Of a DNA stretch of 64,000 bases, positions 38,677-48,993 are shown one piece after another. The stretch spans positions 2,080,001 through 2,144,000 of the forward strand of contig CAXXJV010000001.1 in the NCBI GenBank assembly GCA_963663475.2. The letters are read 5' to 3'. The notes beneath the pieces were generated by a model, which worked only from the letters and a program-made list of their open reading frames with translations, was not told the DNA's origin and searched no databases. The DNA is from Candidatus Cloacimonadales bacterium (lineage in GTDB: Bacteria > Cloacimonadota > Cloacimonadia > Cloacimonadales > JAFGVF01). Made by a program: the position numbers and the translations under genes. Numbering within the stretch: position 1 is the first letter of the stretch; the number at the start of each line of letters is the position of its first letter.

Positions 38677-41580
38677 CTACTTGAATAACTTACTACGAAG
38701 CTTTTTGCTTTGCCAATCAGGAAGTTGCTTGTGATAGCTATCGAAATTTTGTAAGGCTTTATCTTTGTGACCAAGATTGAACTGACTTAAAATTAAGTAG
38801 TAACTAGCTTTGATATTTAGATCAGTGTATTCAGGGAAGAGATAGACTACTCTCATCATGTTAAGGGCAGAGTTTTCATAATCTTCTTGTCTAAAGCTAT
38901 TTAATCCTAGGAGATAGTAGGCTAAACTAGCAATGCGGTCATCAGGAGAGTCTGCTTGCCTAGTAAGAAAATCTAAATCTGGATTCTGTTTATTGTTAAG
39001 TTTCCATTCATTGTGCAGTAATTGTCCATAAGTTTTAGAAAGACCTTCAGCTATGCTTAAGAAAGCTTGATAAGATTGTTCAAAAGATTGATTATTACTA
39101 GCGACTTTTAGCTCAAGATTTTTGAACCAAATATCCATTTCATTTGATATTTCCAGAGCATCATCAAGAACTTTGATTGCATTAAGGGTATCTTTTCTAG
39201 CTAAGAAAGCATCTGACCAAGCTGAGAAGAGGTCAGCATCATTATGCCAACTTGTCAGATTAGCATACAATGAATCTGCTTTCCCATATTGATTTTTCTC
39301 AGCATAAGCCTTAGCCAAGCTTTGATTAATAACCTTATTTTTGTTATCTTCTGGATAATTATCTAGTAAGGATTGAGCTGTTTGGATAAGATCATCCCAC
39401 TTTTCATTCTCATTTTCATAAAGGAGGGTAATCTGAGAAAGAGTCTGAGAAATTCGATTATTTTTAATTTTATTAGCAAGGCTTGCTAGATCGGAGCGAT
39501 AATCTTTATCTTTATCATTAAGCACAGTCCATTTAATACCTAATAAGGTGTTTTTGAGTTCTTTACTATCAGGATTATTACTAAGGATTTCAGCATAACT
39601 CTCAAATGCTTGCTCATATTGTTTAAGATTATAATAAGAATCTGCTATGTTAAGTTTAACATAATTAGTTTTAGTAGATACAGGGTAGGTTAGGAGAAAC
39701 TCTTTGAATAGATTAATTGCATCGTTATATCTTTTACCATTTAAGGCAGAGTTACCAGCAAGGATAAGGTAATCTTCTGAAGTAGTTGAAAAGTTAGATA
39801 AGGATCTGAATGTCCTTTCTGCCATTTTGAAATCACCTTTAAGATAGTAGGTCCAGCCTAATCTACTAGTAATTAGAGAAATATCTTCACTCTTAACAGC
39901 CTGATTAGAAGCAAGCTGATAGTGGTTAATTGCCTTTTCATAATCTTGTAAATTATAATAGATATTACCTTTTATTAAATTTACCCTAAAACTATATAAA
40001 GGGCTTTCAGGAATATTATCTAAGGCTTGGAAAGAAGATTGCCATTGACTTAGCAAATAATTTACTTCAGCGATTCTCATCCATATAGAGATAGGATCAC
40101 TTGCTTTAGGAAGAGCCATGTTGAACCAATCAAGAGCAACTTGTAAATTATTATTTATTACATTTATTTCGCCCAAATAGAAATAAACTGTTGAGATATG
40201 TTTATAGTTAGGATACTTTTTAGATAGTTCTAATAAGGAAGAATTAGCTTGGTCGAAAACTGATGAATCAAAGTAAGTTAGACCAATTTTATAAAGTACT
40301 TCATCATAATATCTGCCTTGAGGATAAAGGTCTTGATAGTATTCAAAGAAAGATATAGCTTTACTCTTTTGAAGAGTAGAGAAGTAGATATCTCCTATTA
40401 AGAAGAGTAGTTTTTCTCTTGTGTCATTGTCTATTGCTGTGTTGTTAGCTTGGAGGAATAAATCTAAGGCATCCTTATAGTCTTCATTAAGGTAATTAAT
40501 AAAGCCCATTAAATAATAAGCATTACCTATATATTTACTCTGTGGTTTTTCATTGATGAAATTATTAAGCTGACCTAAATATTCCTTATTATGATTGATA
40601 ATTTCTTCTTTCTTTTCAGGACTACCTTGAGGAAGAGTCAGTGAACTGTTTATTGTTTCAAAGAAACTTAATTCCTGAATTTTATCAATGTTAGAAGTTT
40701 CAGCTAGCTCAGAAAAAATTGTATTAGCTAGTTTGATTTCTCCCTTAGCTTTATAGGCCAAGGCAATGTGAAATTGCTTAATATCGGTAGTAGGTTGAAT
40801 GGTTCTTAAGACATCTAAAGCTTGATCATATTTCCCTAGCTGGTAGTAGGCTTGGCCAATTATGATTGCATAATCGCTGTGCAATCTGGAGTAGGAAGGG
40901 ATTTTATAATTTAAATCCCGTAGAATTGCTTGATAATCTAATTTTTGATAAAGGTAATCAAACCACTCTAAGACTATTTGATAGGTAAATTCATCTGAAT
41001 AACTTGTATAGGTAGAATCCAGAATAGCTCTAGCTTGGGATGGCCTGTTGGCTTGTAATTTTATTTGGAAGGCTAAGTAATTCATCATAGATGATTGTTC
41101 AGTCTGATAAGCTAGATCAAGATTGGACTGGGCCTGGTTAAGATTACCTCTTTCCAGAGCAATTCTTCCCTTCCAATAATAAGCTTCCCCCTTGCTTTTA
41201 TGATTAGAGTAAGTAGCTAAAAATCTGTCAGCATACATTTCTGAAGCAACATAATCATCTAAGAAAAACTTAGTCTGAATAAGAGCTAGAATAACTAAAG
41301 CTTTTAATTCTTGGTCACTATTTTGTTCTAAAATAAGTAATTCTTGATCTGCTTGCTTAAAATTATTTTGTAAAAAATCTATCATTGCTTGATAATAATC
41401 AGCCTTTATTAAAAAGTCACTATTAGGGTATTTCTCTTTAAATCTTTCAATCTCTTGCTGGGCAAAAGTTAAATTATCACGTTGGTATAGTTCTTCAATA
41501 AACCTAAATTCTCTTTTTTCATTACCAAAGAGACAAATGGTTATTATGAGTAATATGCTTATAATCAGTACCTTTTTCAT
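38677..41580 (-). CDS. Large periplasmic TPR-repeat protein
   Basis: Signal peptide; repeated YP...AYY.lG TPR motifs. Confidence 0.88.
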   Translation of the reverse strand: MKKVLIISILLIITICLFGNEKREFRFIEELYQRDNLTFAQQEIERFKEKYPNSDFLIKADYYQAMIDFLQNNFKQADQELLILEQNSDQELKALVILALIQTKFFLDDYVASEMYADRFLATYSNHKSKGEAYYWKGRIALERGNLNQAQSNLDLAYQTEQSSMMNYLAFQIKLQANRPSQARAILDSTYTSYSDEFTYQIVLEWFDYLYQKLDYQAILRDLNYKIPSYSRLHSDYAIIIGQAYYQLGKYDQALDVLRTIQPTTDIKQFHIALAYKAKGEIKLANTIFSELAETSNIDKIQELSFFETINSSLTLPQGSPEKKEEIINHNKEYLGQLNNFINEKPQSKYIGNAYYLMGFINYLNEDYKDALDLFLQANNTAIDNDTREKLLFLIGDIYFSTLQKSKAISFFEYYQDLYPQGRYYDEVLYKIGLTYFDSSVFDQANSSLLELSKKYPNYKHISTVYFYLGEINVINNNLQVALDWFNMALPKASDPISIWMRIAEVNYLLSQWQSSFQALDNIPESPLYSFRVNLIKGNIYYNLQDYEKAINHYQLASNQAVKSEDISLITSRLGWTYYLKGDFKMAERTFRSLSNFSTTSEDYLILAGNSALNGKRYNDAINLFKEFLLTYPVSTKTNYVKLNIADSYYNLKQYEQAFESYAEILSNNPDSKELKNTLLGIKWTVLNDKDKDYRSDLASLANKIKNNRISQTLSQITLLYENENEKWDDLIQTAQSLLDNYPEDNKNKVINQSLAKAYAEKNQYGKADSLYANLTSWHNDADLFSAWSDAFLARKDTLNAIKVLDDALEISNEMDIWFKNLELKVASNNQSFEQSYQAFLSIAEGLSKTYGQLLHNEWKLNNKQNPDLDFLTRQADSPDDRIASLAYYLLGLNSFRQEDYENSALNMMRVVYLFPEYTDLNIKASYYLILSQFNLGHKDKALQNFDSYHKQLPDWQSKKLRSKLFK

Positions 41581-41736
41581 AGATTCTCCACTAAAATTTT
41601 TATTGTAAATATGATAAAAAAATTATTATTATTTTCTAAGTAAAATAGCATTTTTAGCTTGATTAGTGTCAAGTAAAAAATTGGGGGAGCCACTGCAATG
41701 TATTAAATACTATCTTGCTCGAGTTTGAATAAATCT

Positions 41737-41777
41737 ATTCTGCTATTCGCAAAATTCTACTGCACCATTCAGGATAA
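41737..41777. repeat. Partial MITE-like repeat end
   Basis: Reverse complement TTATCCTGAATGGTGCAGTAGAATTTTGCGAATAGCAGAAT. Confidence 0.65.
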
Positions 41778-41899
41778 TCTAGCAAAGAAAAGAAGGATAG
41801 AAATACTATAAAAATAGGGTTAAAAGCGCAATTATAAATATCATTTGACAATTTCAGTATTGATAGAGAATTGACTTATCAAAGTATTTTTTAATAAGG

Positions 41900-43255
41900 T
41901 TGAAAAAAATGAGAGATGTACTCGTAGCAATAGTGGGTAGACCAAATGTTGGAAAATCTACCCTCTTTAATAGATTATGTAAGCAAAGAAGAGCAATTAT
42001 AGATTTTGAAGAAGGAATCACACGTGACCGTAAATACGCAGATGTTGAGTGGGATGGCAAAAAATTCAGAATTGTTGATACTGGTGGCTTAGTTTTTAAT
42101 TCTCAAGACAAAATGGATGACCATATTCGTCTGCAAGCTGAAATAGCTATCCAAGAAGCAGACTTTATCTTATTTCTAGTTGATGGTATGACAGGAATTA
42201 CTGATTTTGACCAGAGGATTGCTAGATTACTCAAACCAATGCACGACAAAACAATGCTTGTGGTTAACAAAGTTGATAATGAAAAGATAGAAATGGATAT
42301 TTATGAATTTATGAAACTGGGTTTTGGTGAACCATTCCCAATAGCAGCTAATTCTGGGAGAAACTCAGGTAACTTCATGGATGAGTTATTAACTAAAATT
42401 CCTGCTAGAGATGTTGATGACTTTGAAGAACTTGTAGATACAAGTATTAAAGTTGCAATTGTAGGTAAACCAAATGTTGGTAAATCTTCTATAACTAATC
42501 GGTTAATAGGACAGGATACTGTCATTGTTACTGATATTCCTGGTACTACTCGTGATGCCATTGACTCTAAACTAAAATATCATGGTGAAGAAATTACTAT
42601 CATCGATACTGCTGGATTGAGAAAAAAGACTAGGGTTAAGTATGGGGTAGAGTATTTCTCCGCTATGAGGACAATTGATACAATTGATAGAGCAGATATT
42701 ATTCTCCTAATTGTCTCAGCTGATGAAGAAATCTCAGCTCAAGAGAAGAAGATTGCTTCTTATATTAAAAGACATTATAAGAATGTAATTATTGTTGTGA
42801 ATAAGTGGGATTTACCTGAAAAGGATAATCATACCCATAAAGAATTTACCCTAAAGATTTTGGAAGATTTACAGTTTATTAAATATGCTCCAGTTCTCTT
42901 TGTGTCGGCCTTAACAGGACAAAGAGTAAATAAGATTCTTGAGCTAGTTTTAAAGGTTAAAGAAGAAAGCGAAAGAAGGATTCCAACTTCACAGTTAAAT
43001 GATTTTGTGAAAAAGGTTATTGAGAGAAGACCTCCAAGTCATAAGACAGGTGCTCTGCTCAAAATCTATTATATAACTCAGCCAGATACTGATCCACCAA
43101 CTTTCATCTTCTTCTGTAACAGCCCTCGTAAGATATCAGAAGATTATAAGAGATTCTTACACAATCAGATTAGAAAGGTGTTTAAGTTTGAAGGTGCTAC
43201 TATTAAATTAGTATTTAAAGGAAAAGATACTGATGACGCAGATGTTATTTATTAG
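41900..43255 (+). CDS. der: Ribosome biogenesis GTPase Der (EngA)
   Basis: Two GTPase domains: GRPNVGKS/DTGG/NKVD and GKPNVGKS/DTAG/NKWD. Confidence 0.97.
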   Translation: MKKMRDVLVAIVGRPNVGKSTLFNRLCKQRRAIIDFEEGITRDRKYADVEWDGKKFRIVDTGGLVFNSQDKMDDHIRLQAEIAIQEADFILFLVDGMTGITDFDQRIARLLKPMHDKTMLVVNKVDNEKIEMDIYEFMKLGFGEPFPIAANSGRNSGNFMDELLTKIPARDVDDFEELVDTSIKVAIVGKPNVGKSSITNRLIGQDTVIVTDIPGTTRDAIDSKLKYHGEEITIIDTAGLRKKTRVKYGVEYFSAMRTIDTIDRADIILLIVSADEEISAQEKKIASYIKRHYKNVIIVVNKWDLPEKDNHTHKEFTLKILEDLQFIKYAPVLFVSALTGQRVNKILELVLKVKEESERRIPTSQLNDFVKKVIERRPPSHKTGALLKIYYITQPDTDPPTFIFFCNSPRKISEDYKRFLHNQIRKVFKFEGATIKLVFKGKDTDDADVIY

Positions 43256-43874
43256 TCTTTCTTATCTAGTTGCTTACTTGATTGGAGGTATTCCAACAAG
43301 TGTTATTGCTGGTAAAATTAAAGGTATCGATATTACTAAACATGGTTCTGGGAATGCAGGAGCAACTAATGCCTTGAGAGTTTTAGGGACCAAAATAGGG
43401 GTGACTGTTATGTTGCTAGATGCCTTCAAAGGGATTGTAGCAATTTTACTTGGAACATATATTATTCAATATTTTACTTTAGAATCTAGTCAAATCTATG
43501 AGATAACCTTAGGAGTAACAGCTATTCTAGGACATGTATTCTCAATATACCTTAAGTTTAAAGGTGGTAAAGGGGTGGCAACAGCTGCTGGGGTCTATGG
43601 CTTGCTAGCTCCCTGGTCTTTCTTGATAGCCTTAATTGTCTTTATCATAATTGTAGCTATAAGTCGATATGTTTCATTAGGCTCAATTTTTGCTTCCCTA
43701 GCATTATTAAGTAGTCAGATAATTATAAATTATTTAAATGGTTTTCAGGATAAAGCAATATTGATATTGACTATTTTTGTAGCACTATTTATCATAATTA
43801 AACATAAACAAAATATTAAAAGATTAATAAATGGAAACGAAAATAAACTAGTATTTAAAAAAAAAATAAAATAA
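43233..43874 (+). CDS. plsY: Glycerol-3-phosphate acyltransferase PlsY
   Basis: GSGNAGATNALR, GHVFS, FKGGKGVAT, KHKQNI. Confidence 0.96.
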   Translation: MTQMLFISLSYLVAYLIGGIPTSVIAGKIKGIDITKHGSGNAGATNALRVLGTKIGVTVMLLDAFKGIVAILLGTYIIQYFTLESSQIYEITLGVTAILGHVFSIYLKFKGGKGVATAAGVYGLLAPWSFLIALIVFIIIVAISRYVSLGSIFASLALLSSQIIINYLNGFQDKAILILTIFVALFIIIKHKQNIKRLINGNENKLVFKKKIK

Positions 43875-43895
43875 ATTCGGGTAGGAGTATTTTAG

Positions 43896-45257
43896 ATGTG
43901 TGGAATAATTGGAGTATTTAATCATGAAAAGGCAGCTGATTTAGCAGCATTAGGAATGTTTGCAGAGCAGCATAGAGGGCAAGAAAGCTGTGGTATGGCA
44001 GTTTCAGATGGGAAAGTATTCACTCTTAGAAAAAAAATGGGACTAGTAAAACAGGTTTTTACTCCTGAAGTTCTAGAGAGACTTAGAGGTAAAATTGCAA
44101 TAGGTCATGTTAGGTACCCTACCAAAGGTTCGGCAACTGCTTATAATTCTCAACCTCATACTGTAGAATCACTCTATGGTGCAACTTATGCTCTTGCGAG
44201 TAATGGTGATGTTGTCAATTACCATGAAGTTAAAGAAGAATTGGAAAGTAAAGGTGTTTATTTTAAAAGCCAAAATGATGGTGAACTAATTCTTAAGTAT
44301 ATTATTTACCAAATCCAAAACCAAGGTATGAGTATTGTAGATGCTATAAAGGCAATGATGAAAAGGATTAAAGGAGCATTTTCAACTGTTTTAGCTACTC
44401 CAGATAAGATGTATATGATAAGAGACCCTTATGCTATCAGACCAATGGTGTGGGGCAAAATGAAGGATGGCACTGTTGTAGTTGCTTCTGAGTCATGTGC
44501 CTTAGATATCTTAGGTGTGGAAAATAGGATGGAAGTACCACCAGCAGGTATTATTCAGGTTACTGAAAGAGAAATTAAACTCTTTGATAATAATCCTGAT
44601 GATTACCGTCATTACAAAGAAGATAAACATTGTATCTTTGAACTAATCTACTTCTCTCGACCAGACTCTTATCATTTCCAAGAGAATGTTTATGAAGTTA
44701 GAAAGAAAATTGGTGCAGAACTAGCTAAAGGTGATGATTTTACTCCTGATGTAGTTGTACCAGTTCCAGACTCTTCAAACTTTATGGCTGTGGGGTATGC
44801 TAATGAAAAAAACTGTTATTTCTCCATGGGATTATTACGTAATCACTATGTAGGTAGAACCTTTATTAAACCTGAACAAACTATTAGGGATGAATCTGTA
44901 TCTCAGAAATTTTCTACCCTACCAAATTTCTTCACTGGAAAGAAGGTTGTCTTAATTGATGATTCTATCGTTCGCGGAACTACAATTAAAAAGATAGTTA
45001 ATATGATTAAGAAAGCAGGTGCTGCAGAAGTGCATTTGAGAATAGGTTCTCCTGCTGTAAAATTCCCTTGTTATTATGGAATTGATACTCCAAATCAAAC
45101 TGAGTTGATTGCTAACCAAAAAACTTTAGAAGAAATTAAAGATTTTGCAGGAGCAGACTCATTAAGATATATTGAATTAGAAGATTTAAAAAAGTGTGTA
45201 GCAAGTAAAGACAAATTCTGTCATGCTTGTTTCTCTGGTAATTACCCAATAAAGTAA
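43896..45257 (+). CDS. purF: Amidophosphoribosyltransferase
   Basis: N-terminal MCGI, QHRGQE, DDSIVRGTT, PCYYGID. Confidence 0.96.
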   Translation: MCGIIGVFNHEKAADLAALGMFAEQHRGQESCGMAVSDGKVFTLRKKMGLVKQVFTPEVLERLRGKIAIGHVRYPTKGSATAYNSQPHTVESLYGATYALASNGDVVNYHEVKEELESKGVYFKSQNDGELILKYIIYQIQNQGMSIVDAIKAMMKRIKGAFSTVLATPDKMYMIRDPYAIRPMVWGKMKDGTVVVASESCALDILGVENRMEVPPAGIIQVTEREIKLFDNNPDDYRHYKEDKHCIFELIYFSRPDSYHFQENVYEVRKKIGAELAKGDDFTPDVVVPVPDSSNFMAVGYANEKNCYFSMGLLRNHYVGRTFIKPEQTIRDESVSQKFSTLPNFFTGKKVVLIDDSIVRGTTIKKIVNMIKKAGAAEVHLRIGSPAVKFPCYYGIDTPNQTELIANQKTLEEIKDFAGADSLRYIELEDLKKCVASKDKFCHACFSGNYPIK

Positions 45258-45264
45258 GGTTGTT

Positions 45265-46257
45265 ATGGATATAGATATTAAGAGATTTGATAAATTTACT
45301 GAAATTGCAAAAGATAAGAAAATAGCTGTTTTAGGCGATATTATGATAGATCACTATATTATTGGTAGAGTGACTAGGATATCTCCTGAAGCTCCTGTGC
45401 CAATACTAGAAAGTCTTGAAGATGAATATAGATTAGGAGGAGCTGCTAATGTTGCTCTTAATATATCATCTTTGAATGCTAAGACTTATCTCATTGGTGT
45501 TATTGGTGACGATAGTAATAGCAATGTTTTAATGAATCTTCTCAAAGAGAAAAAAATCGATTCATCTCTTATTGTAGAAGATAAAAGCAGACCTACTACT
45601 ATTAAATCTAGGATTACTTCCAAAAAACAACAGATTGTGAGGGTTGATAGAGAAGTTACTAGCCCAATATCCAAGACTATTGAAGACAAAATAATCTCAA
45701 ATTTCAAAAATATTGTTAGCGAAATTGATGCTTTAATTATTGAAGACTATAATAAAGGCTTGCTTACTGAAAGAGTTATCACATCTGTAATTGACATTGC
45801 TAAAGCTAATAACATTATTATTACAGTTGACCCTAAAGTAGAAAACTTTTTCACTTACAAAGGGGTAACAGTATTCAAACCTAACTTAGCCGAATTAGCT
45901 AAGAATATGAATCATAATATAACAAATGATCAAGATTTACAGACTATTGCTTGGAAACTATTTAAAGAAATAAAAGCAAGATACTTAGTGGTTACTCTTG
46001 GTGAAAAAGGAATGCTGATTTTTGAGCATGATAAGAATATTTTCTCCTTACCAACCTATGCCCGTGAAGTGTTTGATGTTTCTGGAGCAGGTGATACAGT
46101 TATTTCTACCTTGACCTTAGCTTTGACTCTTACAGACTCTGTATTAGAATCAGCTATTATTGCTAATCATGCAGCTGGTGTAGTTTGTGGCAAGCTAGGT
46201 ACTTCTCCAACCTGCTGGTCTGAAATTCGTGAATCAGTAGAACAGGAATCCGAATGA
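45265..46257 (+). CDS. rfaE1: D-glycero-beta-D-manno-heptose-7-phosphate kinase
   Basis: RISPEAPVP, GGAANVA, DYNKG, DVSGAGDTV. Confidence 0.93.
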   Translation: MDIDIKRFDKFTEIAKDKKIAVLGDIMIDHYIIGRVTRISPEAPVPILESLEDEYRLGGAANVALNISSLNAKTYLIGVIGDDSNSNVLMNLLKEKKIDSSLIVEDKSRPTTIKSRITSKKQQIVRVDREVTSPISKTIEDKIISNFKNIVSEIDALIIEDYNKGLLTERVITSVIDIAKANNIIITVDPKVENFFTYKGVTVFKPNLAELAKNMNHNITNDQDLQTIAWKLFKEIKARYLVVTLGEKGMLIFEHDKNIFSLPTYAREVFDVSGAGDTVISTLTLALTLTDSVLESAIIANHAAGVVCGKLGTSPTCWSEIRESVEQESE

Positions 46258-46751
46258 AGATTGCAGAAAGAATAAAAGAATGGTCTGAAATTAATCACAT
46301 AGTATCAGCTTTGAAAGAGCAAGGAAAAACTATTGTTTTCACTAATGGTTGCTTTGATATACTTCATTATGGTCATTTAAAATATCTAGAAGAAGCTAAG
46401 GCCTGTGGTGATATTTTGGTTGTTGGACTCAACAGCGACCAATCAGTTAAAAGATTAAAAGGACCAAGTAGACCTGTAAATGGGCAATTTGAAAGAGCTT
46501 ATTTGCTTTGTGGATTAAAACCTGTAGACTATGTTGTAATATTTGATCAGGATACTCCCTTAGATTTGATTAAGTTAATTATCCCTAATGTCTTAGTCAA
46601 GGGAGGTGATTGGAAAGCTAATCAAATAGTAGGTTCTGATCTTGTGATTGAAAATGGGGGACAGGTGAAAAGTTTGCTTTTCCAAGATGGCTTTTCCACT
46701 ACAAATATAATCGAAAAGATAAATAAGGATGATAAAAATGGCAGTAGATAG
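46254..46751 (+). CDS. rfaE2: D-glycero-beta-D-manno-heptose 1-phosphate adenylyltransferase
   Basis: FTNGCFDILHYGH, GLNSDQSV, LVKGGDW, STTNII. Confidence 0.95.
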   Translation: MKIAERIKEWSEINHIVSALKEQGKTIVFTNGCFDILHYGHLKYLEEAKACGDILVVGLNSDQSVKRLKGPSRPVNGQFERAYLLCGLKPVDYVVIFDQDTPLDLIKLIIPNVLVKGGDWKANQIVGSDLVIENGGQVKSLLFQDGFSTTNIIEKINKDDKNGSR

Positions 46752-47175
46752 TACTCAAATAGGCTTTGTTAAGAAATTTGAAAATGGTAAAGCTACGGTT
46801 GTTATGGATGTGCAAGGTGGATGCTCTTCTTGTGGTATGCATGGTGTTTGTGGAAGCCATAATAATTGTGTAGAACATGTTATCCCCACAGATATTGAAC
46901 TTGAGGTTGGCGATAAGGTGATTATCTATATTGATCCTTCTAAAAGAATCTATTCAGCTTTACTCCTCTTTATATTCCCTATAGTTAATTTAGCTGTATT
47001 CTATTATATCGCTTCTATGTTTGTTAGTGAGGCTTATTCAATTATGTTTGCTTTCCTTGGCTTAATCGTAGCTTTTATAATAAATCGTATTATTGATAAA
47101 GTCTGGGGTAATAAAATTACCTACATGATAGCTGCAAAATACGAGGAGGATGCTAATAATGAAAATAACTCTTAA
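46738..47175 (+). CDS. RseC/MucC (SoxR reducing system) family membrane protein
   Basis: GCSSCGMHGVC, VGDKV, two C-terminal TMs. Confidence 0.8.
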   Translation: MAVDSTQIGFVKKFENGKATVVMDVQGGCSSCGMHGVCGSHNNCVEHVIPTDIELEVGDKVIIYIDPSKRIYSALLLFIFPIVNLAVFYYIASMFVSEAYSIMFAFLGLIVAFIINRIIDKVWGNKITYMIAAKYEEDANNENNS

Positions 47176-47515
47176 AGATATGGTCTTTTATGGCTATCAT
47201 GGTGTTCAAGATGAAGAAAGAACTTTAGGACAAAGATTTATTGTTACCATAACTCTAGCTACCCAAGATGCTAAAGATCAAGAAATCCATAAATTAGAAG
47301 ATACTGTTGATTATACTAAAGTATATGATGTAATTAAGAATATTATGGAAGTTGATAAATTCCTCTTATTGGAAAACTGTGCTAATAAAATATTAGATGA
47401 AGTTCTTTTAAGATTCTCCCTAGTAGAATTTGCCACTATCAGTATTAAAAAACCTTCTGTTCCAATCCAAGGTCATTTAAGTTTTTCTGAAATTGAGATG
47501 ACTAGGGGTAGATAA
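47159..47515 (+). CDS. folB: Dihydroneopterin aldolase
   Basis: FYGYHGV..EER.LGQRF, TVDY, KKP; GAGGAGG RBS before ATG 47159. Confidence 0.95.
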   Translation: MKITLKDMVFYGYHGVQDEERTLGQRFIVTITLATQDAKDQEIHKLEDTVDYTKVYDVIKNIMEVDKFLLLENCANKILDEVLLRFSLVEFATISIKKPSVPIQGHLSFSEIEMTRGR

Positions 47516-48981
47516 TGGAGTTGGTAGTCTCACTAGGTAGTAATCTAGGAGATAGAAGGCAAAATTTAACAAGGGCACTTACTGAACTTGCTAAGATTTG
47601 TAAGATTAGGAAAACTAGTAAAGTTATTGAAAGTCTAGCTTGGGGAAAGACAGATCAAGCAGACTTCTTAAATCAGATTCTTATTGCTGATACAGACTTA
47701 TCACCCAGAGACTTTCTAAAGAATATTTTGAAAATTGAATTAGCTCTGGGAAGGGTTAGGAAAGAAAAATGGGGACCTAGAATAATTGATATTGATATAA
47801 TTTATTATGGAGATATGATCATTAAAGAAGAGGATTTACAAATACCTCACCCCCTCTTGCAAGAGAGGTTATTTGTATTAGAACCTCTCATTGAAGTTTA
47901 TGAAAACAAAATCGACCCTCGCTTTAATCTTACAGCTAGGGAATTATATAAAAAACTAATTACAGGAGAGAAAATGAATAAGGTTGGAGCTATTGTCCTT
48001 GCTGCAGGTAAAGGAACAAGAATGAAGTCTAACAAGCCAAAAGTAACCTTCAACTTAGCTGGTAAATCATTAGTAGAAAGAGTTGTTGAAACTGCATCAA
48101 AGCTTAATTCAAGTCTTACTTGCGTTATTGTAGGTTATAAAAAAGATCAAGTGATAGAATTAGTAGATAAATATGATAATATTGCCTTTGCAGAACAAAA
48201 AGAACAACTAGGAACTGGTCACGCTGTTAAGATAGCTAAAGATGTCTTTAATGACTTCCAAGGAGATATATTTATCTTGTGTGGTGATGTTCCTTTAACC
48301 AGACCAGAAACCTTAGAAGGTCTATTAAAAACTCATAGAGAGCAAAATGCAGCATGTACTGTTTTAACTCATGTTATTGATGACCCTGCTCGTTATGGTA
48401 GGATTATTAGAGATGCTAATGGCAATATAGATAGTATTGTGGAATATAAAGATGCTTCTGAAGAACAAAGACAAATTAGAGAGATTAATACTGGTATATA
48501 TTGCTTTAAAAAAGATAAGTTATTCTCTGCCTTAGAACAAATTACAAATGATAATGCTCAGAATGAATACTATCTTCCAGATACTCTGAAAATCCTTAAT
48601 AATGAAAATGAAATTGTAGCAGGACATATACTTGATAATTTTGTTGAAGCGGCAGGGATTAACTCCCAAGAACAATTAGCTCAACTTGAAACAGAATATT
48701 ATAACGATATTAAAAAGAAGTGGTTGAATCAAGGCGTTACTATCGAAAATCCACAAAGCGTTATTATCGGTGAAAAAGTTATTATCGAAAAGGATGTTGA
48801 AATTTCAGCAAATACTATTATCAGAGGGGAGACCTTAATCAAAGAAGCTAGTTTAATAGGTCCTAATTCTCTAATAATTGATGCAAATATCGGAGAAAAG
48901 ACCATTTTAAAAGGATATAATATTGTTGTTAAACAGACTCTTAGTGATGGACAAATTTTAGATTTTCAAGAAAAGCTGTAA
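47515..48981 (+). CDS. In-frame fusion of FolK (HPPK) and GlmU-type nucleotidyltransferase with a short LbH tail
   Basis: aa1-153: LGSNLG, KWGPRIIDIDI, IPHP; from aa154: LAAGKGTRMKS, QLGTGHAV, GDVP, EINTGIY, EYYL. Confidence 0.88.
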   Translation: MELVVSLGSNLGDRRQNLTRALTELAKICKIRKTSKVIESLAWGKTDQADFLNQILIADTDLSPRDFLKNILKIELALGRVRKEKWGPRIIDIDIIYYGDMIIKEEDLQIPHPLLQERLFVLEPLIEVYENKIDPRFNLTARELYKKLITGEKMNKVGAIVLAAGKGTRMKSNKPKVTFNLAGKSLVERVVETASKLNSSLTCVIVGYKKDQVIELVDKYDNIAFAEQKEQLGTGHAVKIAKDVFNDFQGDIFILCGDVPLTRPETLEGLLKTHREQNAACTVLTHVIDDPARYGRIIRDANGNIDSIVEYKDASEEQRQIREINTGIYCFKKDKLFSALEQITNDNAQNEYYLPDTLKILNNENEIVAGHILDNFVEAAGINSQEQLAQLETEYYNDIKKKWLNQGVTIENPQSVIIGEKVIIEKDVEISANTIIRGETLIKEASLIGPNSLIIDANIGEKTILKGYNIVVKQTLSDGQILDFQEKL

Positions 48982-48993
48982 TTAGGAGTTAAC

